Assembly: GCF_009914755.1 (NCBI RefSeq)
Contig: NC_060925.1
Strand: one strand, 5' to 3'
DNA length: 64,000 nt
Source of the DNA: the human T2T-CHM13v2.0 reference genome, Homo sapiens
Shown here: piece by piece, positions 1 to 15,447 of the stretch
Layout: every line of letters starts with the position of its first letter
Numbering within the stretch: the first letter of the stretch is position 1
Program-made: the position numbers and the translations under genes
The notes under the pieces: model-generated
Databases searched by the model: none
What the model was told of the DNA's origin: nothing
What the model saw: the letters and a program-made list of their open reading frames with translations, nothing else

Positions 1-649
1 CTGACATGGATGAGGGAAAAACCCAGAAGGAAAAAAATGTGAAAAGTTTACTTCAGGTTTAGAATTTCTAATTCCACCACTTTTGTGTGTGTATGTGTGT
101 GTTGTTGTTTGATAGACATGACAGCATCTCCTCATTATTATGGAAAATATAGGGTTGGTGGTAATTACTATCTGAATATGAATGGGAGCAGAAGTGGGCA
201 TAGCCTGCACTGGCCTTTCTTTGACAAGGTATAACTTTCTTCTGAATTTCTGTGTTAATTAATGCTTATTTAAAAACCACTTTAATTGGTAGTAAACACC
301 TCAACTTTTTGTACTCATTAAAATGCAGCCATTGATGTGTGATGGATTTTTTTTAAAGCTTAATTAACTTTCCTTCTGTATATATAACCTATAATAATGA
401 CAAACATATTGGGAAAAAATTACCCCTGCTTTTTCCCCCTTTCTCTCTACCCCCATTATAAAGACATTTTTAGCTGTGGATGCCTCACTTTGTTAGGATC
501 AGATGCCATTAATTTGGCATTTTTGAGAAGAGTAGGTGGCAGGAAATCAAAGCTTTTTGAGACATTGGTCATTTCTAAACCAAATACTCACATATCTGCT
601 GGGGAAATAGGCTATTTTTCTTTTTTCCTTTTTTTAAAGTAAAGTTTCC

Positions 650-748
650 TGCTTGAGCCCAGGAGTTTGAGGCTGCAGTGAGCTATGACTGCACCACTGC
701 ATTCCAGCCTGGGTGACAGAACGAGATGCTGTCTTGAAAAGAAAAGAA
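650..748 (+). mobile_element. Alu right-arm fragment (FRAM/AluJ-like)
   Basis: gcttgagcccaggagtttgaggctgcagtgagctatg...ccagcctgggtgacaga followed by an A-rich tail. Confidence 0.85.
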
Positions 749-796
749 CAAGTTTAAAGAAACTGTACCCCAGGTGACTCAAGTCTTCATAGGTGC

Positions 797-853
797 CTTC
801 TTGGAAAATATCAAATTTTAAAGTATCTTCTTGGAAAATATCAAATTTTAAAG
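797..853. repeat. Tandem duplication, period 30 bp
   Basis: cttcttggaaaatatcaaattttaaag occurs exactly at 797-823 and 827-853. Confidence 0.95.
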
Positions 854-1099
854 ATCTTGGAAATCTTTTCTTGGAGTTGGTTATAATTATGTAGGAACTG
901 AGTAATGCATCCTTCTTCTTTTTCATTAGGTGATACTATTAAGATACCATAACTACCTTAGAGAAAATTTGGAAAATAGGAAACAATTCTTAATAATCTA
1001 ACTACCGTAACACAATGACAGTTTTTAATTTTTCATAATCTCCTTGCATTCTTTGTTTATACTGAGCTTGAAATTGCTAACCAGTAAAACCACAGCTGG

Positions 1100-1399
1100 T
1101 GTGGAAGGAAAGCGACCCGAGCACCATTAAACAGCAGAGCACTTTATTCAGATGCCACAGCATGAGAAGACCTTGAGAGAGTGCTCTGCCTTGGGGAAGA
1201 AGGGCAACATTTTTATAGACCTTTAGCAAGAAAAGTCCGCTGAAGCTCAGCTAATTTTGATAACAGTTGATCAAAGATGGTTCTCACAAGAGGAAGAATT
1301 GATCTTGTAGTTTACCATCCATTGGATGAGAAATCTGAGTTTTGCCAAGGAGGGTGGGAGAAACAGCTGCAAGGGGTCACAGCAGAACATTGTCAGTCA
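1100..1399 (-). mobile_element. 3' LTR of the ERV relic
   Basis: tg...ca termini; preceded on the minus strand by purine-rich gaccaagagataagagg (PPT-like); aligns to 3611-3920. Confidence 0.75.
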
Positions 1400-1589
1400 T
1401 TTAGGGCCTCTTATCTCTTGGTCAATAGAGAGGCCAAGTCTCATAATTTGATCAGATTTTGGTTTGTTCGCTCCTCCAAATACATAACTGATGTCAGTTG
1501 CAGACTCAGGCTCATTGGCAATGACTCCTATTGGATGTGCTGGTGATTTTTGCCTTCATAGCTGAATTTCAGTCATTTTTGAGTGAGTA

Positions 1590-1840
1590 GCTGACCAGAG
1601 CATTTAAGACTCTGGAGAGAGCACAGTCAGTGACTGTGGGACAACACCTATTAAAAGAATTACCAGAAGGCCTTGGATAATGCCCATATTCCTAGATAGA
1701 TCCTGCCCTACCTAGGATCAGCCAGAACAGTTCCATGCCCAACCCAAAGAGAAGAGAAGTTTGTTATTAGTAAACTCACCTAGCAATTTGTTCATCTTCT
1801 TGACTTACCAAGGTTTCATCTCTGATATCCAGGATAGCAT
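1590..1840 (-). pseudogene. ERV env transmembrane/cytoplasmic-tail relic
   Basis: Minus strand gives GIIQGLLVILLIGVV then, after a frameshift, CALSRVLNA; resembles class I ERV Env TM anchor and tail; lies just upstream of the 3' LTR. Confidence 0.6.
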
Positions 1841-2099
1841 AGTTACAGGAAAGAATTTTAAGAATCTTACTTGTTAAAATAAGATTCTTCTTTTTTCAAA
1901 AACGCTTCTTCTCCTTCTTTTCAAAATTATTCTTTCTCCTCCTCTTCAAAACTATCTTTTTGAAGGCATTGGTTTAGTGCTAAACCAATGGAGAAGGGAA
2001 AAGATAGTTTTGAAAAGAAGGAGAAGAAAGAGACAATTAAGGGTATGGCACTCAGTGGCTCCCTGTGATTGGGGGTCTTGAACTGGAGGTCATGAGCAA

Positions 2100-3310
2100 A
2101 AGCACTCCATATCTAGTTGTCTGCTACTTGGTTTGAAAATCCTTGGAAAGCTGTCTCCTTTGTGATGCCATTTGTTTCAGAAGAATTCTGAAATCAGTTT
2201 TAGATATCCTGTCAATGTGGAAGTTCAGGATGAGGGTGTATATCTTGTGAAACAGGAATCCAATGGGATGATTTCTTGGAATTTCACTGCAGTATTTGTA
2301 TTTTATGTTACCTGATAATGTTTCCTCCAAGAGGTACCCCTCAGGCGTAAGACCATGACCAACAGGAAGTAGATAAGGCAACTGTGATATTATCATACAA
2401 AGATCAGAGTAACCCTGGAAGGTAAGGTAGTTAATGATCTCTAAGATTGGGATGTCTTCTTTCTTTCCCAGTTTGTAAAACTGGATTTTTGATGTGAAGG
2501 ATCTCAGGGAGAGCTGCCAAGATATCTTGTCATATGTTTATGCTCTTTTTGTATCCATCATGGTCAAATTTTGATTCATATATTGGATATAGTTTTGGAA
2601 ATCAAATTATTTGCTAGAGACTAAGGAGCTCAGAATATATGTTCCAAAGACAATTCTTAATTCTTTAAGTGAATTTTTGTTTTTCCTTGCTAGGGGTTGG
2701 GAAGTCCTTAACTAGATCATGCAAATCTGATCTTGACCAAGGATTAAAGTTAACACGTCATTGACCTTGAAGGTGACCTTCATTCCTACCTATATCAGGA
2801 AAACATTATAAGGATATATTGTCCAGTGAGAGGGATGTGTTTAGGAAGGGGCAATGGAGGAGAGGAAAGAGGATCTGGAGAAGGAGGAACAGCAGAGCAA
2901 GAGGGAAGAGGAAGTCGAGGTTCAGGGAACTGGAGGAAGGCCAATGTGCAATTCATTGTGTTAGGAGAGGGAGAAGATAGTTCTAAGTTTAGATTTTAGA
3001 TCATCCAGGTTTTTATTAGCCTTTCTTAAGGAGGCCTTAAAGGAAGCAATTTTAGAATATTTCTGTCTTTCAAAGGCTTTTTTATACCAGTAAAAAAAAT
3101 GCCAGTCATTGAATATTTGGAATCTTTGAATCATTTGTAAAGTGCCATGCAAATGGATTATCTTACTCATATCCCAAATTGATCAGAGTGGCCACTGAAG
3201 TTCTAAATTGTTTTTGGTAAAATTCCATCAAAGCTTCAAATATTTGGTGCTGTTGGCATCATGTTTGTACATGTAAGAAGCCAGAAAAAGACTTGGTGTT
3301 TCATTGAATG
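2100..3310 (-). pseudogene. ERV gag relic (MA, Pro-rich region, CA)
   Basis: One frame reads YMYKHDANSTKYLKL*WNFTKNNLELQWPL*SIWDMSKIIHL...WYKKAFERQKYSKIASFKASLRKANKNL (MA-like); Pro-rich tract ~2830-2940; FNPWSRSDLHDLVKDFPTP at ~2692-2748 (CA N-terminus-like); several stops. Confidence 0.75.
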
Positions 3311-3610
3311 GCTCACGATTGGCCCTCAGAATCTCGACAATACACACCCAGATTGTTGCTGAGAGCCCTGAGTTAAGAAACAAATGGAATGAAAGTTTTT
3401 CACCAAGGATAATTAAGAGGAAGAACAAAGGCTTAGGTGGTACTTCAATGCAAAGAGAGCCAAGTACTAGTTGGGGGCAGGGCTTTACTGTGCACTCCCT
3501 GGGACCTCCAGAAGAGACTTGGGGGTCTCTTGCATTCTCTATCCTCATCAGAGTGGCTAAGCTGTTCAGCAGTGGGTCCAGGCAGTGATTAGTGTCTTGG
3601 CATCAAAAAC

Positions 3611-3920
3611 TGTAGAAGATAATCAGCCAGAGCATTATTAGCATAAACCTTTGTTCTGAATGCTACAGCATGAGAAGACTTTAAAGGATGTTCTGTCTTG
3701 GGGAGGAAGGGTAGTATTTCTATAGAGTCAGAATAGGAAGAGCCAGCTGAAGCTCAGCTGTTTTGGGGACTAGTTGGTCAGAGATGGTTCTTAGAAGCAG
3801 GAGAGATCATTCTTGTGGTTTAGCAGCCATTGGTTGGGCAATTCAGGCTTATCAAAAGGGATCAGGCAGACAGTTATGGACTAAGGTCAAGTGAGGGTCA
3901 GAGTGAACATTTTTAGTTCT
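3611..3920 (-). mobile_element. 5' LTR of the ERV relic
   Basis: Direct repeat of 1100-1399; followed on the minus strand by gtttttgatgccaagac (degenerate PBS). Confidence 0.75.
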
Positions 3921-4700
3921 TTTAGAGTTTTTTTTAAAGGTGCTTACTACAGTGACAAAGGAAGTCACTAGTGTGATGAGTAAGGAGTAAGGTGGGGAAG
4001 AATCTTCCAGGTGGCCCTCTGCTCAGAAGTTGTTTTCTTTACAAAAGCAGAGGAGGTTGTTGATTCTTCCTTTCTTCCCGATGCACCATCCCCATTTCTA
4101 CCCTGCTTGTCTCACAAACCAACCAAAGCAGTAGGGAGAAATGCAGTCATATCTAAGCAGCAGCAGATGACAATGGCGTGCAAAGTCTTAAAGAGGGCGG
4201 TGGGCAGGACCACACCTCCTTAAGCTTCCAGAATGCCACAGTAATGAACCAGAAGTGCCCACGCCCTTGCAGACAGAGGACTGAGAACTCACACAGACTG
4301 ATCATGTAGCTTCACTTAGATGATGACTGAATACGGGTCTGCATTGTTTGGTTGTACTACTAGGGCCATACTAGCATGTGAGCATTTGCTTATGGTATGT
4401 GAGAAATACAAACAGGAACAGGCCTTGTTCATGTACCTGTGTGTGAACCGTGGCCTAGTCACTTGTGAATCTGAACACAAATGTCCACTGTGACTGCCTG
4501 GTCCAGGTACCTCTGCTTACAGTGCCTGGAAACAGTCTCTTTACCTTTTTTAGGATAAAGTCAATGCAAAGGATTAGCCGAGAATACTTGAGTCCACATG
4601 ATGGAAGGAACTGGATGCCATTTAATGAATAAGTAATTTAAGTGTAAGTATACATACCTAGAAATAACTATATGTGGTTTGAGTTTTTATTTTAGTGTGT

Positions 4701-4980
4701 ATTTTTTTTAGAGACAGGATCTTACTCTGTCACCTAGCCTGGAATGTAGTGGTAACCTCAAGCTCCCGGGCTCAAGTGATCCTCCCTCCTGGGCCTCCCA
4801 AGTAGCTAGGACTACAGGCATGTACCACCACACTAAGCTAATTTACAAAAAATAAAATATTTTTGTGGTAGGGACAAGGTCTCACTACATTGCCTAGGCT
4901 AGTCTCAAACTCCTGGCCTCAAATGATCTTTTCACCTCCCAAAGGGCTGGCATTACAGGTGTAAGCTACCATGCAGGGCC
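4701..4980 (-). mobile_element. AluJ-like
   Basis: Diverged antisense dimeric Alu (ctcaagtgatcct, gtctcaaactcctggcctcaa). Confidence 0.9.
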
Positions 4981-6331
4981 CTAAGGTTTGGTTTTGATGT
5001 TAATTTCCCATTCTTCTTCATTAACTCCCTAGCTAAGAAACTGCTTCTTTCTTAGGCTTTGCATTAGTCATCTCCATTGAGCACTGCAGTCCCTGCTTCA
5101 AGCTGAGCACCCCCAGACCAGCAGCTACAGGGTGAGGTTCAACTTGGGGGCATCTTCAGCCTGGCTGCAGGAGCTCAGCCACTGTCCTGAGACTTTGCTT
5201 CAACATCATGCTGGGAATTCTTGAATTTCAGTGTTCCACACCTTCGTCTTCTACGTTCTAGCAAATTCTTGAATAAGGGTGCACAGGAAATACATTTTTG
5301 CGTGTATCTTTTGCCTAAATGTATATACTTCCTTCAAATTTGATAGTTTGGCTTGGTATAGCATTTAAACTATAACTATTTTCCTCAGAATTTTAAAGGC
5401 AATTATCTTGGATTCTATTTCTATTTCTGACCCTTTGGCCAACCCTTTATTTTTTTTCCTCTTTGAAAGCTTCTAGTATTTGTTCTCAATGCTCGTTATT
5501 CTAAATTTCCCAATCATGAGCCCTTAGTAGGAACTTTCAACCTGGAAACTCATGTTCTTCAGCCTAGATACTGTTTATTGTATTACTTCTTATGTTTGCT
5601 GTTTTTTTGAGCATTTCTGTTAGCTAAGTTTGAGCCTGTTTGAGTGATCTTTAAATTTTTTTCTTTTCTGTTTTTTTATCTCTGCTCTTTTTATTATTTC
5701 TTGGAAATTTCTTTGTCTTCCAGTTTTTCTATAAAGTTTTCTTTCAGCAATCATCTTTTTAATTTCAATAATTCTTTTCTTTTATTTGAATATACCAATT
5801 TTATAGCATCTTATTCTTGTTTTATAATGTAATTTTTTAATCCTTTTAAGGAGAGAGAAACCACAGTTTTAGTTTTTATTTTTTCCATTTCCAGCATGAT
5901 TCCCCCCTGTTGTGGTTATCAAGTGCTGTGTTACAAATTTCTCCCCTCCCCTTCATGGCTTACAATATCATTTATTTTGTTCATGAACTTTCAACCTGAG
6001 CGGGGCTCTGCAGGTTCAGCTCATCTTTGATCTATTCAGTGTCAGGTAGGGCTGGAATCACCTGAAGTCTTCTTCACTCACGTCTGGTGTTTGGTTTGGA
6101 CAAATTCAAACAGCTGGGGCATCTGTCTCTAGCAACATGTGGTCCCTAAAGCATGGAAGCTTCATGGGAATCAGACTTCTAATCTGATGATTCAGGGCTC
6201 CTAAGATGTGTATCCCAGGAAAGCAAGAGCCGAGTGAAAGCTGCATTCTTTGTATGACCTAGCTGCAGAAATCACATAACTGCCATTTCCCTTTTTCTAT
6301 ATTGCAGTGCTGTCTAATTAAAATATACTGT

Positions 6332-6729
<398 letters not shown>

Positions 6730-6777
6730 TTAACTTAATATCACTTAAATATGTAATGAATAGAAAATGGTTAATGA

Positions 6778-7169
<392 letters not shown>

Positions 7170-8580
7170 GCTAAATTCTTTTTTTCAGATGCTGAATTTC
7201 CAATAGTTAATGTGAAATATAGTCCTGCCAAAACATAAGCTAGAAGAAAAACACCTTACATTGCTTCAGTTTTTAAATTTAAATTATTTAGAATTGAATA
7301 AAATGATTCTTTCAGGTCTTCAGCTGTAATAGCAACTTTTCACTTATTCAACAGCCACACAGGTGCCTAATGGCCACTGGCAACCATATTGGGTGGTGTG
7401 ACTCTGTTGGTTGAAGTCCCACCTAGATTCAAGGGCAAAGAGGGTAAACTCCAGCTTTTAATGGGAGAAGGGACAATATTTTAAAGAAAAGAAGCAGGAG
7501 TATTGTGGCTGTTTTTGGAAAATGCAACCTGCCACACCCTCTGAGTTTCCCTTTTTCCCTGGTTTATTTGCTTTGGTCTCTATATTTCATGGCAGAGACT
7601 TTCCCCTAATGTGTTCACATTAAGACTGAAGCTCTTCGAGGTTGATTGGAGGCTCTGTGTGTGGGGGAAGTCTGTCTTTGGTAGGCTTCGCTGAAGGGTG
7701 ATTGACAGGGGCCAGGTCGTCTTGCTGGGAACTCACCACAGGTCAGCATCTGCTGGTTGTTTCTCTTAGGTCAGTTTCTTCTGAGAAGGCTCAGCCAGTC
7801 TCCTTAGGATATATAAACCCCGCTGTCAGTGTTCTGGAGGCAGAGGAGGAGGCAGAGGCAGTTTAAATGTTCGCCAAATATCAGCATTTTAGTAAAACAA
7901 CTTTCTGGTGTCTCTACCAGAGACTCTCTGATCTAATTATGCAAAGAATCACCCTCCCAGGGCTTGCTGGGTTGGGAGGAATGGTCTCCTGACTGCCACA
8001 GGGAGGGTGGGGAATCAGCCGATCCTCTTCTTCACACTCCACCCTCACCCTGCCTCCTGAAGAAGGTCCCTGAGCCTTTCTGGGGCTCTCTACTGTGACG
8101 CAATCCCATGTCAGGGGCGCCCCCTCTACAGGCTCTTAGGGTTCATGTTTTTTCCACTCCGCTAAGCCAGTTATCAGTCATATATCCACTTTCCATCCTC
8201 CAAATATTTGGAGACATCTGTTGTCTGCTGTCTTCTCCTTTCCTGTTTTCAGTGTCTTTTGTATATTTCTTTGCTTATTATTTTAGTAGGGTTCTAGGAG
8301 AAAGCAGAGATAGCCTAATATGACAATGCCCACCAGAAGGAATGTCAAGGCCTTTTGGTGCCCTAGGACTTCTAGCTGTTGAGGTCAACAATTGTGTTGC
8401 TTCAAAAATAAAAAATTAATGTGAAATTTCGCTGTAAATTACACATTACTCATTATAGACAATGGACAACAGTCAGCCAGTCGATAAATAGTGGGCAACT
8501 AGTATATGCCAAGCATTGTCAAGGTTCTGGGGATGCAGTGATAAACAAGGCAGAAAAGGCATATAGTCCAGTGCTTCTCA

Positions 8581-8760
<180 letters not shown>

Positions 8761-8763
8761 TAC

Positions 8764-8764
<1 letters not shown>

Positions 8765-8806
<42 letters not shown>

Positions 8807-9096
8807 TTTGTGAGACAGAGTCTCTCTCTGTCGCCCAGGCTACTAGAGTGTAGTGGCACGATCTTGGCTTACTGCAACCTCCACCTCCTAGGTTCAAGCG
8901 ATTCTCATGCCTCAGTTTCCTGAGTAGCTGGGATTATAGGTGTGCACCACCACCCCCAGCTAATTTTTGTATTTTTAGTAGAGAAGGGGTTTCGCCATCT
9001 GGGCCAGGCAAGTCTCGAACTCCTGGCCTCAAGTGATCTGCCTGCCTTGGCCTCCCTAAGTGCTGGGATTACAGGCATGAGCCACTGTGCCCGGCC
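8765..9096 (-). mobile_element. AluS with (TTTA)n tail, inserted into the tail of the preceding monomer
   Basis: Antisense dimer; TSD aagaccc(c)attta on both sides. Confidence 0.93.
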
Positions 9097-9406
9097 AAGA
9101 CCCCATTTATAAAAATAAAAATATAAGAATATGGAATTCTGTCTCAGTAAATCTGGGATAGGGCCTGAGATTCTACTTATAGAGAAGCCTTTCTCCTTTA
9201 TTCCCCTCAGAGTTAACCCAATCTCTGAGTGCTTCACTCTCAGTGTGAACAGAGGAAAGTCTCTAATGTGAAAAATGAATATTGCAACCCTTACTAATAT
9301 CCTCTGCCTGTCTATGCTTTTGAAATGTTTTCACTTGGCCAGAAGTTGGCTAATGGCCTTTTGTAGGTTTCTGCAGCTATTGTGTTCATTGGCTCCTAGA
9401 ATCTCA

Positions 9407-9643
<237 letters not shown>

Positions 9644-9959
9644 TTACTGGACCATTGTCTTTGTGTTGAGAATCCAAAGGCGGGGTTGACGTGTCGTGGA
9701 AGATTACTGTGCCCACCGATCTGTGGCTCATCCACATGTGGGCACAGATTTGACCCTAGGCAACCCCTATCTGTCCTAGTGGCTTCAGTGTCCTTACAGA
9801 CATGTGTCACTCAGATCAAGGCTGGGAGAAACTCAGGGACAGACTCCATGTGACATGCTTCTTGGTGCTTGGCACACTGTAAGTATTCAGGAGCTTATTT
9901 TTGTATATTTTGTATATATTATTCTATATATTGTATATATTTCATCCACGGGACCTTTG

Positions 9960-10112
9960 ATACTTAAAACATTGCCCATGTACCAGAAACATCAACATCA
10001 TCTGACAGCTTGAGAGAATCTCAGTCCCTACCCCAGGTCTATAGAAACAGAATTTGCGTTTTTAACAAGATCCCCGGGTAATGTGTGGGCACACTAAAGA
10101 TTTGAGTAGCAC
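9960..10112. mobile_element. MER5B-like hAT element
   Basis: cagaatttgcgtttttaacaagatccccgggtaatgtgtgggcacactaaagatttgagtagcact. Confidence 0.65.
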
Positions 10113-10984
10113 TCGACTGTATGTATGCCTTCTCTGCTTTGTTACCACAAAACTTTGTGAGTGCCGTGGCAGCGTCTGGTGTATGCTGGCTCTTTGGCAT
10201 TTGTGGACTGGCTGACTGCTGGTCATTGCCTTAGGTCTTCAGCAAGCCAGGCTGCAGACCGAAGAAAGGGATCTCCAAGTCAGTTTCAGGATGAGCGGGG
10301 AGAGGAGAGGATAAAGATGTCCTTGCTTTGTGCCTGGGATCTGTAACTTACTTGGAAGCCTCGGTTGTGAAAGCTGGTATTCCCTCCAAGATTCATCGTA
10401 GGATTTTCCCATCTGAAACTGACCTTTGCAATCTCTCAGTTCCTTTGGCGATCCTGGAAACTTGACACCATCTGAGACTCCTCCCAGCTCTGAGGTGACT
10501 TGGATATTAGATCAGATGTCATGGCTGTGTGGATGCCTGGACTCCAGGGCTTTCTCTGCTGGTCTGTTCTCTCTGGTGGTGCAGGAGCTGTTTCTGGGGA
10601 CTGGAATGTGGGGCCTGGCTCTTCCCCAAGCACGTTCCGTACCCTGGCTGTGTTTCTCCTGACAAAGGCGCGAGTGTAGGACTTACCCAAACCCCAGAGA
10701 GTCCAGCACCTTCCTCCCAGCCGTGCAGAATTATTTCAAGAATCCCCTGTGGTTTTCTTCTCCTCAGGATTTTGAATGAGCCAACTTGAGGATAGCTCTA
10801 TATTACCAAAAGGTTTTATAAATAATTTAACAACAAGGCTCTAAATAGTGTTATAATAATATTTTATTTTATTAATAATATATCAACTGAGAGATATAAA
10901 AATAAAACATCCCCTCAATAGAGCCATTGTACCGAACATTAATGACCATTGCCTGAATTGCGTTTAGAAGGTATAGATGCTTGA

Positions 10985-11343
<359 letters not shown>

Positions 11344-11389
11344 TTAAGATCACTGAAGCCTCATTACAAATGTATTTTACTTAAAATAA

Positions 11390-12110
<721 letters not shown>

Positions 12111-12156
12111 TCCCAGAACCTGTCTTTGGGAAACAGTCTGAGATTCATGCAAAATC

Positions 12157-12442
<286 letters not shown>

Positions 12443-13029
12443 ACATGCACAGTCTTTATTACTAGACCAAATTGGGATTTAAGCTTAAGACTCTTGCTGT
12501 ATATTTGCCCAACTGGTATGTGAAATAAGTTTCCAATTTGCTCTGGCTTTATGGGACCAGTTCTTTGAAAAGTACAGTGTCAGAAACTCCAACTCCGTTC
12601 AGCTGAGTGTTCTGCCTAGCTCCTTTTCACTCAGTGGAAGGGAGATGGTGCCCATGGCTGGGCAGGAGGGAGGTATCAGAACACAGAGTAGAGGAGTGGA
12701 GAAGAGTTAGGAGTAAAGGCTAGGGATTCAATTAGATGGCATCAGTGTTTCTAGTGTCTAAGGTAAGGACAGATCCCACTGGCCAAATATATTACTATAA
12801 ACTTCCCAGTAATGAGTTTCTCTGTCCATGTTTTCTTGTTCTTACCAGCTCATCTCTCCTATGTGCCGTGCCCTCTCCATTTCCACCTCTGTTTTGTACC
12901 AGTCGATTTGCTTTTTCATCGACTGACTTGACCCTGTAACTTCTGAGAATCTAGTCACCACTCCTAAATTACTTTTGGCTGAGGTCAGGAGACAGGTACT
13001 CCATTACAAGTGACAGACCTCATTCATTA

Positions 13030-13392
13030 CCGTTATTAGGATAAGCTAGGTAATGCTTTGGTAACAACACCCAAATTTTAGTGCCTTTATATAATCAAGT
13101 TTATTTCTCATTCAGGCAGCTCTCCTTCAATGGAGAGTGTGGCTTGAAGATCCAGTCGGCTTGGATTTCATGGCACCTTGATCTTAAGATATGATTTTTG
13201 AGATTACCATAGCAGGTGATGAGAGTACAGAAAGTTAAGCATTCTCTTAAGTGCTTCACTTTGGAAGTGACACAGTTTTGTTGAAACTAGGTGCATGGCC
13301 TCACTTAATTGCCAGGGATCAGGAAAATGTGATCCTCTGTATGTCCAGGAAGGAAAGAAGCTGGACATATTGGTAAGCATTATGTCTACCTG
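13030..13392 (-). mobile_element. Old MLT1 (K/L-like) LTR
   Basis: ttaggataagctaggtaatgctttggtaacaac...ggaagtgacacag...gacatattggtaagca. Confidence 0.55.
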
Positions 13393-14120
13393 AATTATCA
13401 AAAAAACCCTTAAAATATATTCCAAACACAGTAATTAGAGAAAAAAATCATTATTAAATATATGCAAGCAGCATTGATAAATAGGGAATGATGAGAGCAT
13501 CCATTATGTAGGCTTTATGTTTCCAACAGAATTTGTTTACAAATATGTGAAGCTGTATGCCTTATGGTGAAAACAATTGCATCAAATTAACCTGGATGTC
13601 ATAATGGAGCTCAAGGTAACCCAGGAATCTACTTATATTTCGAGATACAAATTGCATCACTTAAAGGGAGAATGTTATGATTTAGCTAATTGGGAAAGAA
13701 TGGCAAGTAGGTTTCGATTTACATGCCACCTCTACTTGATTGGTTGTAGACTGCTTGGAACTCAACTGCTGTGTTGAGAAGGACTCTACAGCAGCACCTA
13801 GGCTCAGTGGGGAAGAGCTCAGCGGTCCATTCATTCAAAGAGTACAAAGCACTTAGTAGGTAGTAGGCACTATACCAAATGCTGATGCTTCCAGGCCACA
13901 TGGAACTTACAGTATCAATATCACTTAGCAGCATCTGTCGTGGGACGTCTGCATGTGGGTGTGTGTGGTGGGTTAGGGAAGTAGAGGCACATTATTTACA
14001 TCATATTTCCACCTCTGAGCTAATTTGACTGTTCAGTGGCCAGTTGGTGCCAGATCTAAGTAAGAGAAGTAATTGCTAAACTGCTGTCTTTCACATGCAC
14101 TCCCATAAGAAGGATGCAGG

Positions 14121-14410
14121 TTTTTTTTTTTTTTTTTTTTGAGACGGAGTCTCCATCTGTTGCCCAGGCTGGAGTGCAGTGGCGCGATCTTGGCTCACTG
14201 CAAGCTCTGCCTCACGGGTTCACGCCATTCTCCTGCCTTAGCCTCTCCGAGTAGCTGGGACTACAGGTGCCCGCCACCAAGCCTGGCTAATTTTTTGTAT
14301 TTTTAGTAGAGACAGGGTTTCACCGTGGTCTCAATCTCCTGACCTGATGATCCGCCCGCCTCGGCCTCCCATAGTGCTGGGATTACAAGCGTGAGTCGCC
14401 GCGCCTGGCC
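14121..14410 (-). mobile_element. AluY with 12-bp left-arm deletion (Yd/Yc lineage)
   Basis: tttcaccgtg^gtctc lacks ttagccaggatg; TSD aggatgcaggtttt. Confidence 0.9.
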
Positions 14411-15076
14411 AGGATGCAGGTTTTGAAGGGTTTTCCTCTTGTCAGGATGAGTCCCATAGAACTAACCATATGCTCCTTCCCTGTGACATGTGAAACTGAA
14501 GGCGTAAGGACGTACCATCTCCCTTTATGTTTCTCTCTGCCTACCTCATTCCTCTGGCTTCTAGGTAAAACTTTGTGTATTTTCATTCTTAAAGTCCCGT
14601 ATCCTATTTCCTCACACATAGTTTTCTCTTTTCTTGAAAACTTAAGCTAGCAAATGGAAATGGTATCAGTATGATTCTTTAACCCATCCCAGGACAGGAG
14701 CAGGAGAACTGCCACCTTTCCTTTTCAGTTCCTTCAACAGAAGTGATACAAAGATCAGCGGGGTCTCCCAAGGGGCATCTTCTCAGCCTGGGCCCTGGAG
14801 TGGCTTCTCCATAGGATCTATACAGTGAAACTCAAGTGGAATGGTACACTGCACAGAGAGGGCCTCACCAGGACCGACATGGTCAATTTCTGGTCTCCTG
14901 TCTTTCTTTGTTCTCATCAGCTTACCTCTCTTGGCTCCCCCAGTCTCCCGCATTCCAGAAAGCACAGTACTTGCTTGGGACCTTCTCATGGCCTGTAGTG
15001 GGCAGCAAGTCAAGGTCTGTGCCAGCCTTGAGTGGTCACAGGGCTGTTCAATGATACTGGGCTATGGCCAAATTTA

Positions 15077-15447
<371 letters not shown>

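Larger units (their letters stand above)
1100..3920 (-). mobile_element. Degenerate ERV1 (MER4-group-like) provirus: LTR-gag-(pol deleted)-env tail-LTR
   Basis: Two diverged ~300-bp direct repeats (1100-1399, 3611-~3920) share blocks such as cagcatgagaagac, gctgaagctcagct and gatggttct. Minus strand shows TATA-, CCAAT- and AATAAA-like motifs, a PBS-like tgatgccaagac next to the 5' LTR, and internal gag- and env-like translations. Confidence 0.85.

Noticed and set aside
797-867. CRISPR-like direct repeats
   Set aside because: Only two adjacent copies with a 3-bp gap, no spacers or cas genes, and the DNA is human.
2124-3548. Minus-strand ORFs as an intact or domesticated gag gene
   Set aside because: In-frame stops and frameshifts interrupt the MA and CA regions.
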